43,396 bases of DNA from Chloroflexota bacterium (GCA_003695215.1 RFIM01000107.1:1-43396); one strand, 5' to 3'. Positions 16,433 to 26,018 are shown, counted from the first letter of the stretch. Translations and numbers: made by a program. The notes: generated from the letters alone by a model not told the origin.

Positions 16433-19400
16433 TTACGGCGCCTGAGTTGGCGGGAAGATCGAGATAGGCGGCGTGGCTGTTGGCATGAAGTTCGGCGTGA
16501 ACATGGGCGGAATATCGTTGATCGGCACAGGCGTCGCCGTTGGCGGGAAGAGCGGCGGCGCAGTTGGGAAGATGAGCTCAGGCGTGGTGGTCGGGAAGAA
16601 GAAGCTGGGCGTCTCCGTCACGAAGAAAGGCGGCTGAGTCGGGAAGAAGGGCAGCTCAGTTGGTTGAACGGCGGTGTTCTGGACGAAGATCGGCACGCTG
16701 GCTTCAAGGCGGCGCCCTTGCTGATCGAAGACGACTAAGCGCAGCGTGTACGCGCCATCAGGTCGGCTGCGCGAGTCCCAGCCGCCTAGCACGGTATTAG
16801 GTAGGCTCGGCAACTGATTGTATGGGCCGTCTATGCGCGTGAAGCCCTGCGGCGAGTGCCCGACGCCCAACTCAATCTCATAACGAGCGAAGTTCGGCAT
16901 GCTGATCGTGCCAACAATCTGCACCACGCCGTTGACGATGCCTTGTGGCAACGGGCTAGCAAGGCTGACGTTCGGTCGTTCCATGCCCGGACGGCAGGCT
17001 TCGGTCGGCGGCGGCGCCAAAGGCAGCTGCAAGTTGCGTTGCCGCGCCCAAGCCTGGCCTGTTGGCGTGTTGTTCAGCCAGGCGAAGGCGCTTGGATCGT
17101 CAAGGTTCAAAAAGACCTTGTCTTCCACGTATTCAGGGCAGAACTCGTTGGCGATCAGGTTCGAGAAGCTATCCACGCGCACAACGCGGAAGATCGAATC
17201 AGCGGGCGGCGGCGGGTTGGGCGCGAAGACCAGCTCAGGGCGCCGATTCAGGCAGCCTTCGAAATCCTGCGTGCCGAAATCGGCGCAGATCGTAGTCTGG
17301 CCGACGTTTGGCGGCACAGGGAAGTTCTGTGGCGGCACATTGGCCAGAATCGCGGTCATCACTTCGTTCCAGATCGGCGCTGCGCCGACGACGCCGCTGG
17401 TGCCGATCATCGGCTCGCCACGCGTGTTGCCTACCCAAACACCGACCACAACCTGTGGCGTGTAGCCAACCGTCCAGTTATCGCGGTTGTTATCAGTCGT
17501 GCCTGTCTTAACGGCGGCTGTGTGCCCGTTGCGCAGCAGGAGCGGGCTGTTGGCGCCGAAGGCAGGCGTGCGCGCTGCGTTATCCGAGAGCATGTGCGTG
17601 ATCAGGTAGGCTAGGCCTGGCTCGACAACTTGAGTTGGCGCAGGCGGCTGATATTGGAAGACGACCTCTTCCACGCCGCCGCGCTTGCGCGTGATGCGGT
17701 TGATGGCGTGCAAGGGCACGGCATTGCCGCCGTTGGCGAGTACGCTGTAGCCGCGCACTAGGTCGAGCATGGTCACCTCAGCGGCGCCGAGCGCCGTTGC
17801 CAAGCCAGCTTGCTCAGGCTGCGTCAGCGGGAAGTTGATGCCCACGCGCGCCGCAAGCGCCTTGAAACGATCGATGCCTGTATAGGCAAGCGCCTTGACT
17901 GCAGGCACATTGTACGAATTCGCCAACGCTGAGCGCATGGACTGCGGGCCATGGAAGGTGTTATCGTAGTTGCGCGGGCAGTATGGCTGCGCTTGTGTGC
18001 CGAAGCAGGTCTGCACGTCCCAGATGACGGTCGCCGGCGTCCAATAGCGATTTTGAGCGTCGCGTTCCATGGCCGTCAGATAGATGAATGGCTTGAGCGC
18101 CGAGCCTGGCTGGCGCGGCGCGAGCGTGACATTCACCTGACCGTCAATCTCAGCGTTATTGAAGTCCACGCTGCCGACCATGGCCAAGATCGCGCCATCG
18201 CTCGGTCGGACGGCCAGGAGCGCGCCGTTGCGCACGTTCTGAGCGGCAAGGCCTGCGATTTGGCGTTTGACGGCCGCTTCAGCCGCGTCTTGAATGCGCG
18301 GATCGATGGTTGTGTAAACGTTAAAGCCTGAGGTGTAAAGCGCATCTTGCCCGAATTGCGCTTCCAGCAACTGGCGGACGTAGACCACGAAGTGCGGGTA
18401 GGTTATCTCGCCATAGTTGGTGCGGAAAGCGAACATATTGGCGATTACAAGCGCCGTCTGGGCCACGTTGCCTGAAATCGAGGCAGCCACGGCCGCTGGG
18501 CTTTGGTCGCGCGGATTCTCAGTGATGCAGAACGGCGCGTTATTGTAAGGCGTATGTTCCATGCGGATGCAACCGGCTTCGACCATCAGGCGCTGGACTT
18601 CGCGCATGCGGATGAGCCAGGCTGGGTCCTGCCCTTGTGGCGGTCGGATAGCAGGATCGTATGTGGCAGGCGCCTGCACCAGGCCTGCTAAAAAGGATGC
18701 CTCAGCCAGGTTCAGGTCTTTGGCCGACTTTCTGAAGTAGGTCTGTGCTGCTGCCTCGACGCCATAAGCCAGATTGCCGTAATAGACTGTGTTTAGATAG
18801 AACTCCAGGATTTGGCTTTTGCTATAGCGGCGATAGATTTCGGAGGCGACGATGACCTCGTCAATTTTGCGGCTGACCGAGCGATCCAGCGCAGCGCCAG
18901 CATCCAGGACTTTGGCGCGCGCCAGCTGCTGTGTGATCGAGCTTGCGCCGCTGATCGTCTCGCCACTGGTGAAGTTTTGCAAGATGGCGCGGAACATGGC
19001 GATCAGATCGAAGCCTGGATTATCGTAGAAGCGCTTATCCTCAGTGGCGACAGTGGCGTGGATCATGAACGGCGATATCTCATCTAGCGTCACGTACAGC
19101 CGTGCGCCAAGGTTGGGATCGTTGAGCTGATGGATCAAGCGGCCAGAGGCATCGAAGATGCGCACTGACTGCGATTCGGCGTCGATCGCTTGCCCAAGCG
19201 AGGCGATGCGCGCTTCGTAGCGCCCGATGATGTTGAGATAAAAGATGATAGTGCCGACAATGACGAACAGCGAGCCCGTCAGGAAGGCGAAGAGCGCCAC
19301 GAGCGCAATGCGGATGATCAAGCCGCCAAGGCGCTCAGGATTATCTTGCAAGCCAGGCTTGATGCCGTAATCAGGCTGAATACTGGCCTGCTGTGGCACA

Positions 19401-20602
19401 GGCGTCGGGATGCTCGATGTAGCGCGGTTCTTGAGCGAGGCGAATGAGCTTGCAGGCACAGTCTGACCTGAGAGCGCAGGGTTCGGCATGGTTGCCCCTG
19501 CGCCGACGTGCGGCTGCGTCACATCCAGCAGGCGATTCGGCACAGTCGGCCCGGAGCCGCCTTGCTCAGCCGCAAGCCGCGCTGCCCACTTGCCAACAAC
19601 CGTGCCCTGATCGTCCACTAACGGCGGTTGATTGGGCAAGGGCGAGGCAGGGCGTTCAGGCGGGTTTTGCGTCGGCTGCGAATCGGGCGTAGTTTGGGAA
19701 GGCGAAGATGTCTCGGGCACATTAACCGCTTTCTGCTCACTAGTAGCAACTTTAGGCGCGCGCAGGCGTTCAGGCGCCTCTGGCAGGAGTACCTCGCCCG
19801 AGGGCGGCGCCAAGCCGGGTGGTGTATCTTTGACCCAATCCACGCCATCGTACCTGAACCAGGCGTCGGTATCAAAGCCATACATCCACCAAGTTTTGCC
19901 CACTTGGATCATCATGTCCCGTAGCTTCTGCCTGGCATCTTCGCGAGATATCGAACCGCTCCTGTACTTGCGGCGCAAAAGATTGACTTCGCGTTCGACC
20001 TTATGGAAGCGCTGCACCAGATCAGTCTCAGAAGCAGGCGCGCTGAACGTAGCTACTTGAGGCCGCGCAGTGCTTGACGGCACTTCAGATTCAGATATCG
20101 GCTCAGATGTCGGCGCTTCTGTTTCTAAATCAGCGGACATGACTGACATCTGACTGAAGTTAGCAGGTTCAGTCTCCGTCAGGGCCACTGCTGTCTGATC
20201 GATCGGTGTGCTAGAGTCCTCAGGTGGCGCGTTAGTGGCTTCAAGGCTCAGTGGCGCGTCAAGCGTTGCGCTACCTTCCGCAGGCGATGGCTCGGCGGGC
20301 TTGACGAAACCGACGCCTGGCACGTAGTGCGAGTAATCTGCCTGGTCAGCGAGCGCAGCGTTAGGCGGCAAATTCAGGGCTGCAGGCGTGTGTTTGGCCT
20401 TCATGAGCAAGCCGACGCGCTCTACAGCCTCGCGCGGCAAAAACCAGCCACCGCGCCGCTCAGGCGCTTCCTCAGTGGCAGGCGGCACGTACTCAGATTC
20501 TTGCAGGCGGCGCTTGAGCGCCTCTTGAATCGCAGGATCATCGGAAGTAGACCACGCCGCGTTGCGCCAATGCTCAGGCGAATTCTCCATCAAGTCAGGC
20601 AT
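16433..20602 (-). CDS. class A penicillin-binding protein (transglycosylase + transpeptidase) with long N- and C-terminal extensions
   Basis: GT51 motifs ATEDKRFY, GASSITQQL, RKIDE, YLNTVYYG. Transpeptidase motifs SALK (SxxK), SYN and KTGT. Single TM near aa 435-465, C-terminal Ig-like domain and Pro/Thr/Phe tail. ATG 20602 chosen on an AGGTG RBS. Confidence 0.94.
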   Translation of the reverse strand: MPDLMENSPEHWRNAAWSTSDDPAIQEALKRRLQESEYVPPATEEAPERRGGWFLPREAVERVGLLMKAKHTPAALNLPPNAALADQADYSHYVPGVGFVKPAEPSPAEGSATLDAPLSLEATNAPPEDSSTPIDQTAVALTETEPANFSQMSVMSADLETEAPTSEPISESEVPSSTARPQVATFSAPASETDLVQRFHKVEREVNLLRRKYRSGSISREDARQKLRDMMIQVGKTWWMYGFDTDAWFRYDGVDWVKDTPPGLAPPSGEVLLPEAPERLRAPKVATSEQKAVNVPETSSPSQTTPDSQPTQNPPERPASPLPNQPPLVDDQGTVVGKWAARLAAEQGGSGPTVPNRLLDVTQPHVGAGATMPNPALSGQTVPASSFASLKNRATSSIPTPVPQQASIQPDYGIKPGLQDNPERLGGLIIRIALVALFAFLTGSLFVIVGTIIFYLNIIGRYEARIASLGQAIDAESQSVRIFDASGRLIHQLNDPNLGARLYVTLDEISPFMIHATVATEDKRFYDNPGFDLIAMFRAILQNFTSGETISGASSITQQLARAKVLDAGAALDRSVSRKIDEVIVASEIYRRYSKSQILEFYLNTVYYGNLAYGVEAAAQTYFRKSAKDLNLAEASFLAGLVQAPATYDPAIRPPQGQDPAWLIRMREVQRLMVEAGCIRMEHTPYNNAPFCITENPRDQSPAAVAASISGNVAQTALVIANMFAFRTNYGEITYPHFVVYVRQLLEAQFGQDALYTSGFNVYTTIDPRIQDAAEAAVKRQIAGLAAQNVRNGALLAVRPSDGAILAMVGSVDFNNAEIDGQVNVTLAPRQPGSALKPFIYLTAMERDAQNRYWTPATVIWDVQTCFGTQAQPYCPRNYDNTFHGPQSMRSALANSYNVPAVKALAYTGIDRFKALAARVGINFPLTQPEQAGLATALGAAEVTMLDLVRGYSVLANGGNAVPLHAINRITRKRGGVEEVVFQYQPPAPTQVVEPGLAYLITHMLSDNAARTPAFGANSPLLLRNGHTAAVKTGTTDNNRDNWTVGYTPQVVVGVWVGNTRGEPMIGTSGVVGAAPIWNEVMTAILANVPPQNFPVPPNVGQTTICADFGTQDFEGCLNRRPELVFAPNPPPPADSIFRVVRVDSFSNLIANEFCPEYVEDKVFLNLDDPSAFAWLNNTPTGQAWARQRNLQLPLAPPPTEACRPGMERPNVSLASPLPQGIVNGVVQIVGTISMPNFARYEIELGVGHSPQGFTRIDGPYNQLPSLPNTVLGGWDSRSRPDGAYTLRLVVFDQQGRRLEASVPIFVQNTAVQPTELPFFPTQPPFFVTETPSFFFPTTTPELIFPTAPPLFPPTATPVPINDIPPMFTPNFMPTATPPISIFPPTQAP

Positions 20603-20939
20603 CGCAACACCTATTCTTCCCACTCAACCGACAAGCCATGAGTAGCGTCAGTTTATGGCGATCTCAAACGCATTCTAACCTTGATCTGAAAGATGTGTCA
20701 AGCTAGCGCGACGTCGGGAAAGGGTCAGGTTGGCGCTCTTGCGGTTTTGAAGGATCAGTGATACATTCGGCGTGCCATGCGTGATTTTACGATCCTTTGA
20801 CGATTCTGAGAGGTCACTGAATCACTTTTTGTGTAAAACTTATGGTGTGAGTGAAATACAGTTTGGGCGACCAAGTGGCTTTACAAGGCGGTTTTTACGC
20901 AGATCGTCCGATTGAGTGACTAAAGATGGTAGCCTAGCT

Positions 20940-21461
20940 ATGCTCACTTTTCTCTCTGGTTGGCGCAGCGCCGACCGCGACGCCGCATTGCTCAAACATC
21001 GCGATCCAACACGGCACGCTGTCTTCTTCATCGACAATCTCTCCAGTCTGCCACACTTGCTCAGCGATGTGCCCATCATCGATGTGTGGCGCAACGGCAC
21101 TCTGGACTTCCAGATAGACGATAACGTGGATACCATGATCCGTATCAACCACGATACCGATCATGATCTGATCGTGCGCTCTGTGGCGCATATGCTGCTG
21201 AGTGGCAGCAAGGCGCAGCCGATTGTGGCCTATGATGCCACAGCCCATCTCTATCGGCTGTTCCCTGCCCTGCGAGCTGCAGGCGCCTTGCTGGCAGCTG
21301 ATGAGCGTTTAGACGCGCCCAGCGGCGATCGCGTGCTGTTCACGCGCGGCGGCTCGTTCGCCTGGCGCGACTATGTGCTGGAATCGCAGACGGCTCAGCT
21401 GCTCAACTCAGAAGTGCTAGATGGCGGCATCGTGCCTGATCCTGAGGAGATTCCTGACTAG
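20940..21461 (+). CDS. hypothetical protein
   Basis: 173-aa ORF with typical codon usage that fills the gap and converges on a terminator. No family recognised. Confidence 0.7.
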   Translation: MLTFLSGWRSADRDAALLKHRDPTRHAVFFIDNLSSLPHLLSDVPIIDVWRNGTLDFQIDDNVDTMIRINHDTDHDLIVRSVAHMLLSGSKAQPIVAYDATAHLYRLFPALRAAGALLAADERLDAPSGDRVLFTRGGSFAWRDYVLESQTAQLLNSEVLDGGIVPDPEEIPD

Positions 21462-21468
21462 CTCGGCC

Positions 21469-21503
21469 AAAAAAGTGCGCCGAGCCTGACTGGCTCGGCG
21501 CAC
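21469..21503 (-). terminator. intrinsic terminator of nfeD-SPFH
   Basis: GTGCGCCGAGCC-N5-GGCTCGGCGCAC followed by T6 on the minus strand. Confidence 0.85.
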
Positions 21504-21509
21504 GCTAGC

Positions 21510-22454
21510 TCACTTTGAGGCCACGCGGCTTGCTTCAGAGAGAGAAGGCGCGCTCTCAGGCGGCACAGCTGCGCTGTTGTTAGCCATTGTGTTGAGGACT
21601 TGCTGCGCCAGCGAAGTCAGCTCTAAGGGCAGCACAAACTTGGTCGAGTCGCTGGCGCCGAGCGCCTTGAGGGCTTCCATGTACTGGAGCGCCATAGTGT
21701 TGGCATCGATGCTACGCGCTTGCTCGTAAATGGCGCGCAGCGCCATGGCGAAGCCTTGCGCGCGCAGCAATTGCGCCTGCCGCTCGCCTTCTGCCTTGAG
21801 GATTTCTGCCTGCTTCTCGCCTTCTGCCTTGAGGATTTCGGCTTGCTTCTGACCTTCTGCGACCATGACCGCCGACTCGCGCTCGCCACTGGCTTGCGTG
21901 ACCATAGCGCGGCGCGTGCGCTCTGCCGTCATCTGACGGTTCATCGCATCTTGCACGTCGCGCGGCGGCTCGATCTCTCGGATTTCCACGCTAGTGATCT
22001 TCAGGCCCCAGCGCTCAGTGATCTCATCCAGCTTGACGCGCAGCTTGTCGTTGATCTCCTCGCGCTTGGCTAGCACGTCGTCCAACGTGATATCGCCGAT
22101 CACAGCGCGCAGCGTCGTCGTAGCGATGTTCAAGGAAGCGCTCACCACATTATCCACTTGCAAGACGGCGCGCCGCGGATCGACCACGCGATAGTAGACC
22201 AAAAAGTCAATCGAGATCGGCGCGTTATCTTTCGTGATAGCCGTCTGGCGCGGAATCTCCAGAAAGCGCTCGCGCAAATCCACTTTGGTCGCGCTTTCCC
22301 AAGGCATCACATAGGTGATGCCCGGCCCGCGCACACCTGCATAGCGCCCCAGAGCTAAGATCACCAAGCGCTCGAACTCTGAGACGACGCGCACTGTGCG
22401 CAAGATGAAGAAAGCCGTTGCGCCCAGAAGGATTACGATCAGCAGCCCAGTCAT
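21510..22454 (-). CDS. SPFH/band 7 (stomatin/QmcA-like) membrane protein
   Basis: N-terminal TM, VDLRE, ITKDN, TTLRAVIG, WGLKITSVEIREIEPP, AEGEKQA repeats. AGGAGG RBS. Confidence 0.94.
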   Translation of the reverse strand: MTGLLIVILLGATAFFILRTVRVVSEFERLVILALGRYAGVRGPGITYVMPWESATKVDLRERFLEIPRQTAITKDNAPISIDFLVYYRVVDPRRAVLQVDNVVSASLNIATTTLRAVIGDITLDDVLAKREEINDKLRVKLDEITERWGLKITSVEIREIEPPRDVQDAMNRQMTAERTRRAMVTQASGERESAVMVAEGQKQAEILKAEGEKQAEILKAEGERQAQLLRAQGFAMALRAIYEQARSIDANTMALQYMEALKALGASDSTKFVLPLELTSLAQQVLNTMANNSAAVPPESAPSLSEASRVASK

Positions 22455-22466
22455 AGACCAACCTCC

Positions 22467-23141
22467 TTAGCTTGATTCATCCGATCTGTACAAGGACTCT
22501 AGCGGCACATCAGGCGGATTCTCTTCGGCCTGAGACTCAGCCAAGCGCGGCAAGTGCTTGGGCTTGGCGCGCCGCACAAACAACCGCAAACCTTCCTTCG
22601 AGACCACCTCTACGTAGGTGCCGCTCGGCAAGGGCTCGTTGCTGTAAGCTGTCCACAGCTCGCTATTCACGTTGACTGTGCCGACAGGATCGAGCGGCTT
22701 GACGACATAGCCGTGAGCGCCTTCGAGCTGCTCATCCTCGCCTACAGTCGGTTGGCTGATCTGTTTGCGATAAAATGGCAGCAACACCAGCTGATACAGC
22801 CCCAACGAGATCGCTGCAGTCACGCCGACAATCACAGGCGAGACCGAGGCATCTGTGAACAGGAACAGCCCGCTCAGCGCTTGTGCCACTAGGCCCAGCA
22901 GCGCCCAACGAGCCATCTCGCGTCGATACAGCGGCAAGAGCATATAGCCAAGCACGCCCATGCCCAGCAAAACCACAAACAGCCAGTTTGTGGCAGGGTT
23001 AGTCACCAGCGCCAAAATTGCGCCGATCAGCGCGCCCGCTGCCAGCAGCTCGATGAAACCCGTGCCAGGCACATACACGCCGAAGACGCTCGCCCACAGG
23101 CCTAGCAGCAGCAGCAGATAAGTCAGATTTGGATCGATCAC
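22467..23141 (-). CDS. NfeD-family membrane protein
   Basis: Multi-TM N-terminus (VPGTGFIE) and C-terminal OB domain (GTVNVNSELWTA..VEVVSKEGLRLFV). Canonical position upstream of an SPFH gene. Confidence 0.88.
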   Translation of the reverse strand: MIDPNLTYLLLLLGLWASVFGVYVPGTGFIELLAAGALIGAILALVTNPATNWLFVVLLGMGVLGYMLLPLYRREMARWALLGLVAQALSGLFLFTDASVSPVIVGVTAAISLGLYQLVLLPFYRKQISQPTVGEDEQLEGAHGYVVKPLDPVGTVNVNSELWTAYSNEPLPSGTYVEVVSKEGLRLFVRRAKPKHLPRLAESQAEENPPDVPLESLYRSDESS

Positions 23142-23259
23142 CTCGCACCCGCTATCTACTCGCCGAGGCTACCATCACAATGATTGTATACCATTTTGTG
23201 CCCTGGAATACCACCAAAAAGTGGTATTTTGCGCCCTACGCCGCTTTGACCGTGAGCCT

Positions 23260-23269
23260 GTGGTATAAT
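23260..23269 (+). promoter_or_regulatory. extended -10 promoter for the 23304-26018 operon
   Basis: TGgTATAAT about 35 nt upstream of ATG 23304. Confidence 0.55.
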
Positions 23270-23303
23270 CAAATCTGCACATCTCAGTAGCGAGGTTCTG
23301 CGC

Positions 23304-23684
23304 ATGACTGCCAAGCCCTCTAAGCCTACTTTTATCTACACCACCAGCGGCGATTGGCAAGCCACTGTGGTTGATGGACGCATTTTCGATACGCGCGGCG
23401 AGTACATCGGCTTTGTGGAAGGCGCTAGCGTCTACACGCGTGATGGCGAGTGGATCGGCGATCTCTCCAAAGATGGGCGCATTTTGCGCAAGCGCGCCGC
23501 CAAAGGCCGCCCGCTGCACCCGAACCCGCCGCCCAAGCCGAGCGTCCGACCTGCCAATTTGCCCGCCCGTGCGCCCTTGCCGCCACAAAATGGCGACCTG
23601 ACTTACGACATCGTGGACGTGCTGGAAGAAGACCCTGATATCTTCAAGCGCGTCAGCGACCGCCGCAAGGATATCGGCGGATGA
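23304..23684 (+). CDS. small beta-hairpin-repeat protein (4-fold beta-flower-like)
   Basis: Three ~16-aa repeats (IYTTSGDWQATVVDG / IFDTRGEYIGFVEGA / VYTRDGEWIGDLSKDG) followed by a Pro-rich tail. Confidence 0.7.
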   Translation: MTAKPSKPTFIYTTSGDWQATVVDGRIFDTRGEYIGFVEGASVYTRDGEWIGDLSKDGRILRKRAAKGRPLHPNPPPKPSVRPANLPARAPLPPQNGDLTYDIVDVLEEDPDIFKRVSDRRKDIGG

Positions 23685-24193
23685 GCGATCCAATCGAAAT
23701 CGGGCGCACTGTCGCCGAGTCGCGGGTCCAGTTGGTGCAATTCATGCGCCCCGAACACGCTAACGCGCTCGGTAATGTGCATGGCGGCGAGATCATGAAG
23801 CTGGTGGACGAAGCGGGCGCGCTCGCTGCCATGCGCCATGCGCGCACTGTTGTGGTGACTGTAGCAATGGACTCGATGACCTTCACAGAGCCAATCCGCA
23901 TCGGCGCTGTGCTGACCGTCTCAGCTGAGCTGACCTACGTTGGCAGCACATCCATGGAAGCGCAAGTCGAGGTGATCGCCGAGAATCCAATCACAGGCGA
24001 GCGCAGGCATACTAACACCGCTTATTTGGTCTATGTCGCCCTGGATGAGTCAGGGCGCCCGAAGCGCGTGCCGCCGTTGATCGCCACGACAGATGAAGAG
24101 CGTGCGCGGCTGGCAGCAGGTGCCGCGCGGCAAGCTGAGCGCAAGCGCCGTCGCGCGGCTGAAGCAGTGCCATCGCAGCCTGAGAGCAGTTGA
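23681..24193 (+). CDS. hotdog-fold acyl-CoA thioesterase (YciA-like)
   Basis: HANALGNVHGGEIMKLVDE, VVTVAMD, VGSTSME, YLVYVALD. ATGA overlap with the upstream gene. Confidence 0.93.
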   Translation: MSDPIEIGRTVAESRVQLVQFMRPEHANALGNVHGGEIMKLVDEAGALAAMRHARTVVVTVAMDSMTFTEPIRIGAVLTVSAELTYVGSTSMEAQVEVIAENPITGERRHTNTAYLVYVALDESGRPKRVPPLIATTDEERARLAAGAARQAERKRRRAAEAVPSQPESS

Positions 24194-24195
24194 AG

Positions 24196-25401
24196 ATGAG
24201 CGACCTGCTGCCCGTCATCGATCCGAATCGCGCGCCTGAGGGCCACTTGCCTTCGGCATTATTGCGCATCCTGAGTGCTGCCAGCACGCCTGCCCTGTTG
24301 GCGCAATCAGCGCAGATCGATCTGGGCTTGGCGGAACACATGCCCTTCCCGTTCCTGGCTTTGGTCGGGCAGACTGAGATGCGCATTGCGCTCTTGCTGG
24401 CTGTCATCAATCCGAATGTTGGCGGCGTGCTGCTGATCGGGCCGCGCGGCACGGGCAAAACAACCGCAGTGCGCAGCCTGAGCGATCTCCTGCCTGAAGT
24501 CGAGGTCAGCACTTGCGAGGAAGGCTGCCTGCCTGAAGACTACGAGCGCAACGGCGAGACAGCTGTCTGCCCGAGCTGCGCGGCGAAACTCAAGCGCGGC
24601 GAGCCGATCACGCGCTGGACAGCTGTCAAGATGATCGAGTTGCCGCTCAACGCGCGCCTTGAAGACGTCGTAGGCGGCATCAACGAGCGCATCGCCTTAC
24701 AGCAGCAGCGCGTGCGCCTTGAGCGCGGCATCTTAGCGCGCGCCGATCAGAACATCCTGTACGTGGATGAAGTCAACTTGCTGGATGACACGATTGTGGA
24801 CGCCATCCTAGACGCGGCCGCTGCTGGTAGCTATACGGTACGGCGCGGCGCTATGGTCGGCACTTATCGCTCGCGCTTTGTGCTGATCGGCTCGATGAAC
24901 CCTGAGGAAGGCAACTTGCGCCCACAGCTGATGGATCGCTTCGGCTTGCGCGTGGTTGTGCGCGGCTTGATGGCACGTGAGGAGCGCTTAGAAATCTACC
25001 GCCGCGTCAGCGCCTATCGCGCCAATCCGAAGGCTTTTTTGCGCCAATGGGCAGGTGTCACAGCTGAGGCACGGACCGAGATCGAGAATGCGCGGCTGAT
25101 ACTCAAAGAAGTGACGTTGACTGAGCAAGCGCTCGATCTCGGCTTGGCATTGGTGCGCGAGCTGGATATCGACTCGCATCGGGCTGAGTTCACTTTATTC
25201 GAAGCGGCGCGCGCCTACGCAGCAGCAGATGGACGCCTGGTGGCGGACGTGCAGGATGTGAACGCTGTGGCGCCGCTCGCCTTGCGCCAACGCCGCAGCG
25301 AGTTCATGGTGCGCTTCTCACAGCAGCAGCAGGCTGAGGACGAGCTGATTCGCCAAAAGGCACAGACGCTTTTATCACAACAAGACAGGCAGCGCGCATG
25401 A
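24196..25401 (+). CDS. Mg-chelatase subunit I (ChlI/BchI)-like AAA+ ATPase
   Basis: FPFLALVGQ, Walker A GPRGTGKT, ELPLNA, Walker B LYVDEVNLL, GSMNPEEG.LRPQLMDRFGL. Confidence 0.9.
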   Translation: MSDLLPVIDPNRAPEGHLPSALLRILSAASTPALLAQSAQIDLGLAEHMPFPFLALVGQTEMRIALLLAVINPNVGGVLLIGPRGTGKTTAVRSLSDLLPEVEVSTCEEGCLPEDYERNGETAVCPSCAAKLKRGEPITRWTAVKMIELPLNARLEDVVGGINERIALQQQRVRLERGILARADQNILYVDEVNLLDDTIVDAILDAAAAGSYTVRRGAMVGTYRSRFVLIGSMNPEEGNLRPQLMDRFGLRVVVRGLMAREERLEIYRRVSAYRANPKAFLRQWAGVTAEARTEIENARLILKEVTLTEQALDLGLALVRELDIDSHRAEFTLFEAARAYAAADGRLVADVQDVNAVAPLALRQRRSEFMVRFSQQQQAEDELIRQKAQTLLSQQDRQRA

Positions 25402-26018
25402 TCGCTTTCTGGACGAGCGCGGCGCTGTTCACTGCGCTGATCGGCTATTACGCCACTTGGATCAACCATCAGGCGGCAGCACTGAGCGCTAACGCCTTCG
25501 ATCTGGCCGAGTGGATTGGCATTATCCCTGCAGTGCGCTATGCCGAGCCGCCTTTGAGCGCGCCACTGGCTTTGCGCGCCGCTTTGGTATGCCTCGCCTG
25601 GTTGTTTGTGCTGCGCGCCGTTGCCGTGCCGCATCTCGGCGGGCGCTTGGCGCTGAACGCCATCGGGCTCGGCTTGGCGCTCAGTTTGCGTCCACCAATC
25701 GCCTTCTTTCGTGGCGAGACAGGCGATCCGAACTATCAGCAACTGGCGGTGTTATGTCTGGTAGCGCTGCTGGGCATTGCGCTCATTAACCTGAGCCCTT
25801 GGCGCGCTCAGCGGCTGTGGCTTGCGCTGCCATTGGCGTTGATCGGCGCAGTTTGCGCCCTGCTGGGCTTGCGCGGCGCGCTGGAGGCTTTGGCGCGTTT
25901 GCAAATTCCAACGCCGCTGGGCGCAGGCAGCTTTCTATACATAGCTGGCATCGGCTTGCACGGCGCTTTATGCCTCTGGTCAGCTTTGCGCGCCCGAAGC
26001 CGACTTTTGGGCATGTGA
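25398..26018 (+). CDS. hypothetical polytopic membrane protein
   Basis: About six hydrophobic segments with polar motifs NAFDLAEW and DPNYQQ. ATGA overlap with the ATPase gene. Confidence 0.75.
   Translation: MIAFWTSAALFTALIGYYATWINHQAAALSANAFDLAEWIGIIPAVRYAEPPLSAPLALRAALVCLAWLFVLRAVAVPHLGGRLALNAIGLGLALSLRPPIAFFRGETGDPNYQQLAVLCLVALLGIALINLSPWRAQRLWLALPLALIGAVCALLGLRGALEALARLQIPTPLGAGSFLYIAGIGLHGALCLWSALRARSRLLGM

Noticed and set aside
20860-20939. Faint resemblance to a c-di-GMP-I riboswitch (ACGCA..CTAAA..GGTAGC)
   Set aside because: There is no GNRA-capped stem or GGCAAA element and I could not build the pairing. An Infernal search would be needed.
21783-21839. Exact 24-bp direct repeat with a 33-bp period
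   Set aside because: It encodes the 11-aa AEGEKQAEILK coiled-coil repeat typical of stomatin/QmcA proteins. It is not a CRISPR array or mobile-element repeat.
24196-25401. ChlI-like gene as evidence of phototrophy
   Set aside because: No bch/chl, reaction-centre or chelatase H/D genes are in the window, and ChlI-like ATPases are common in non-phototrophs.
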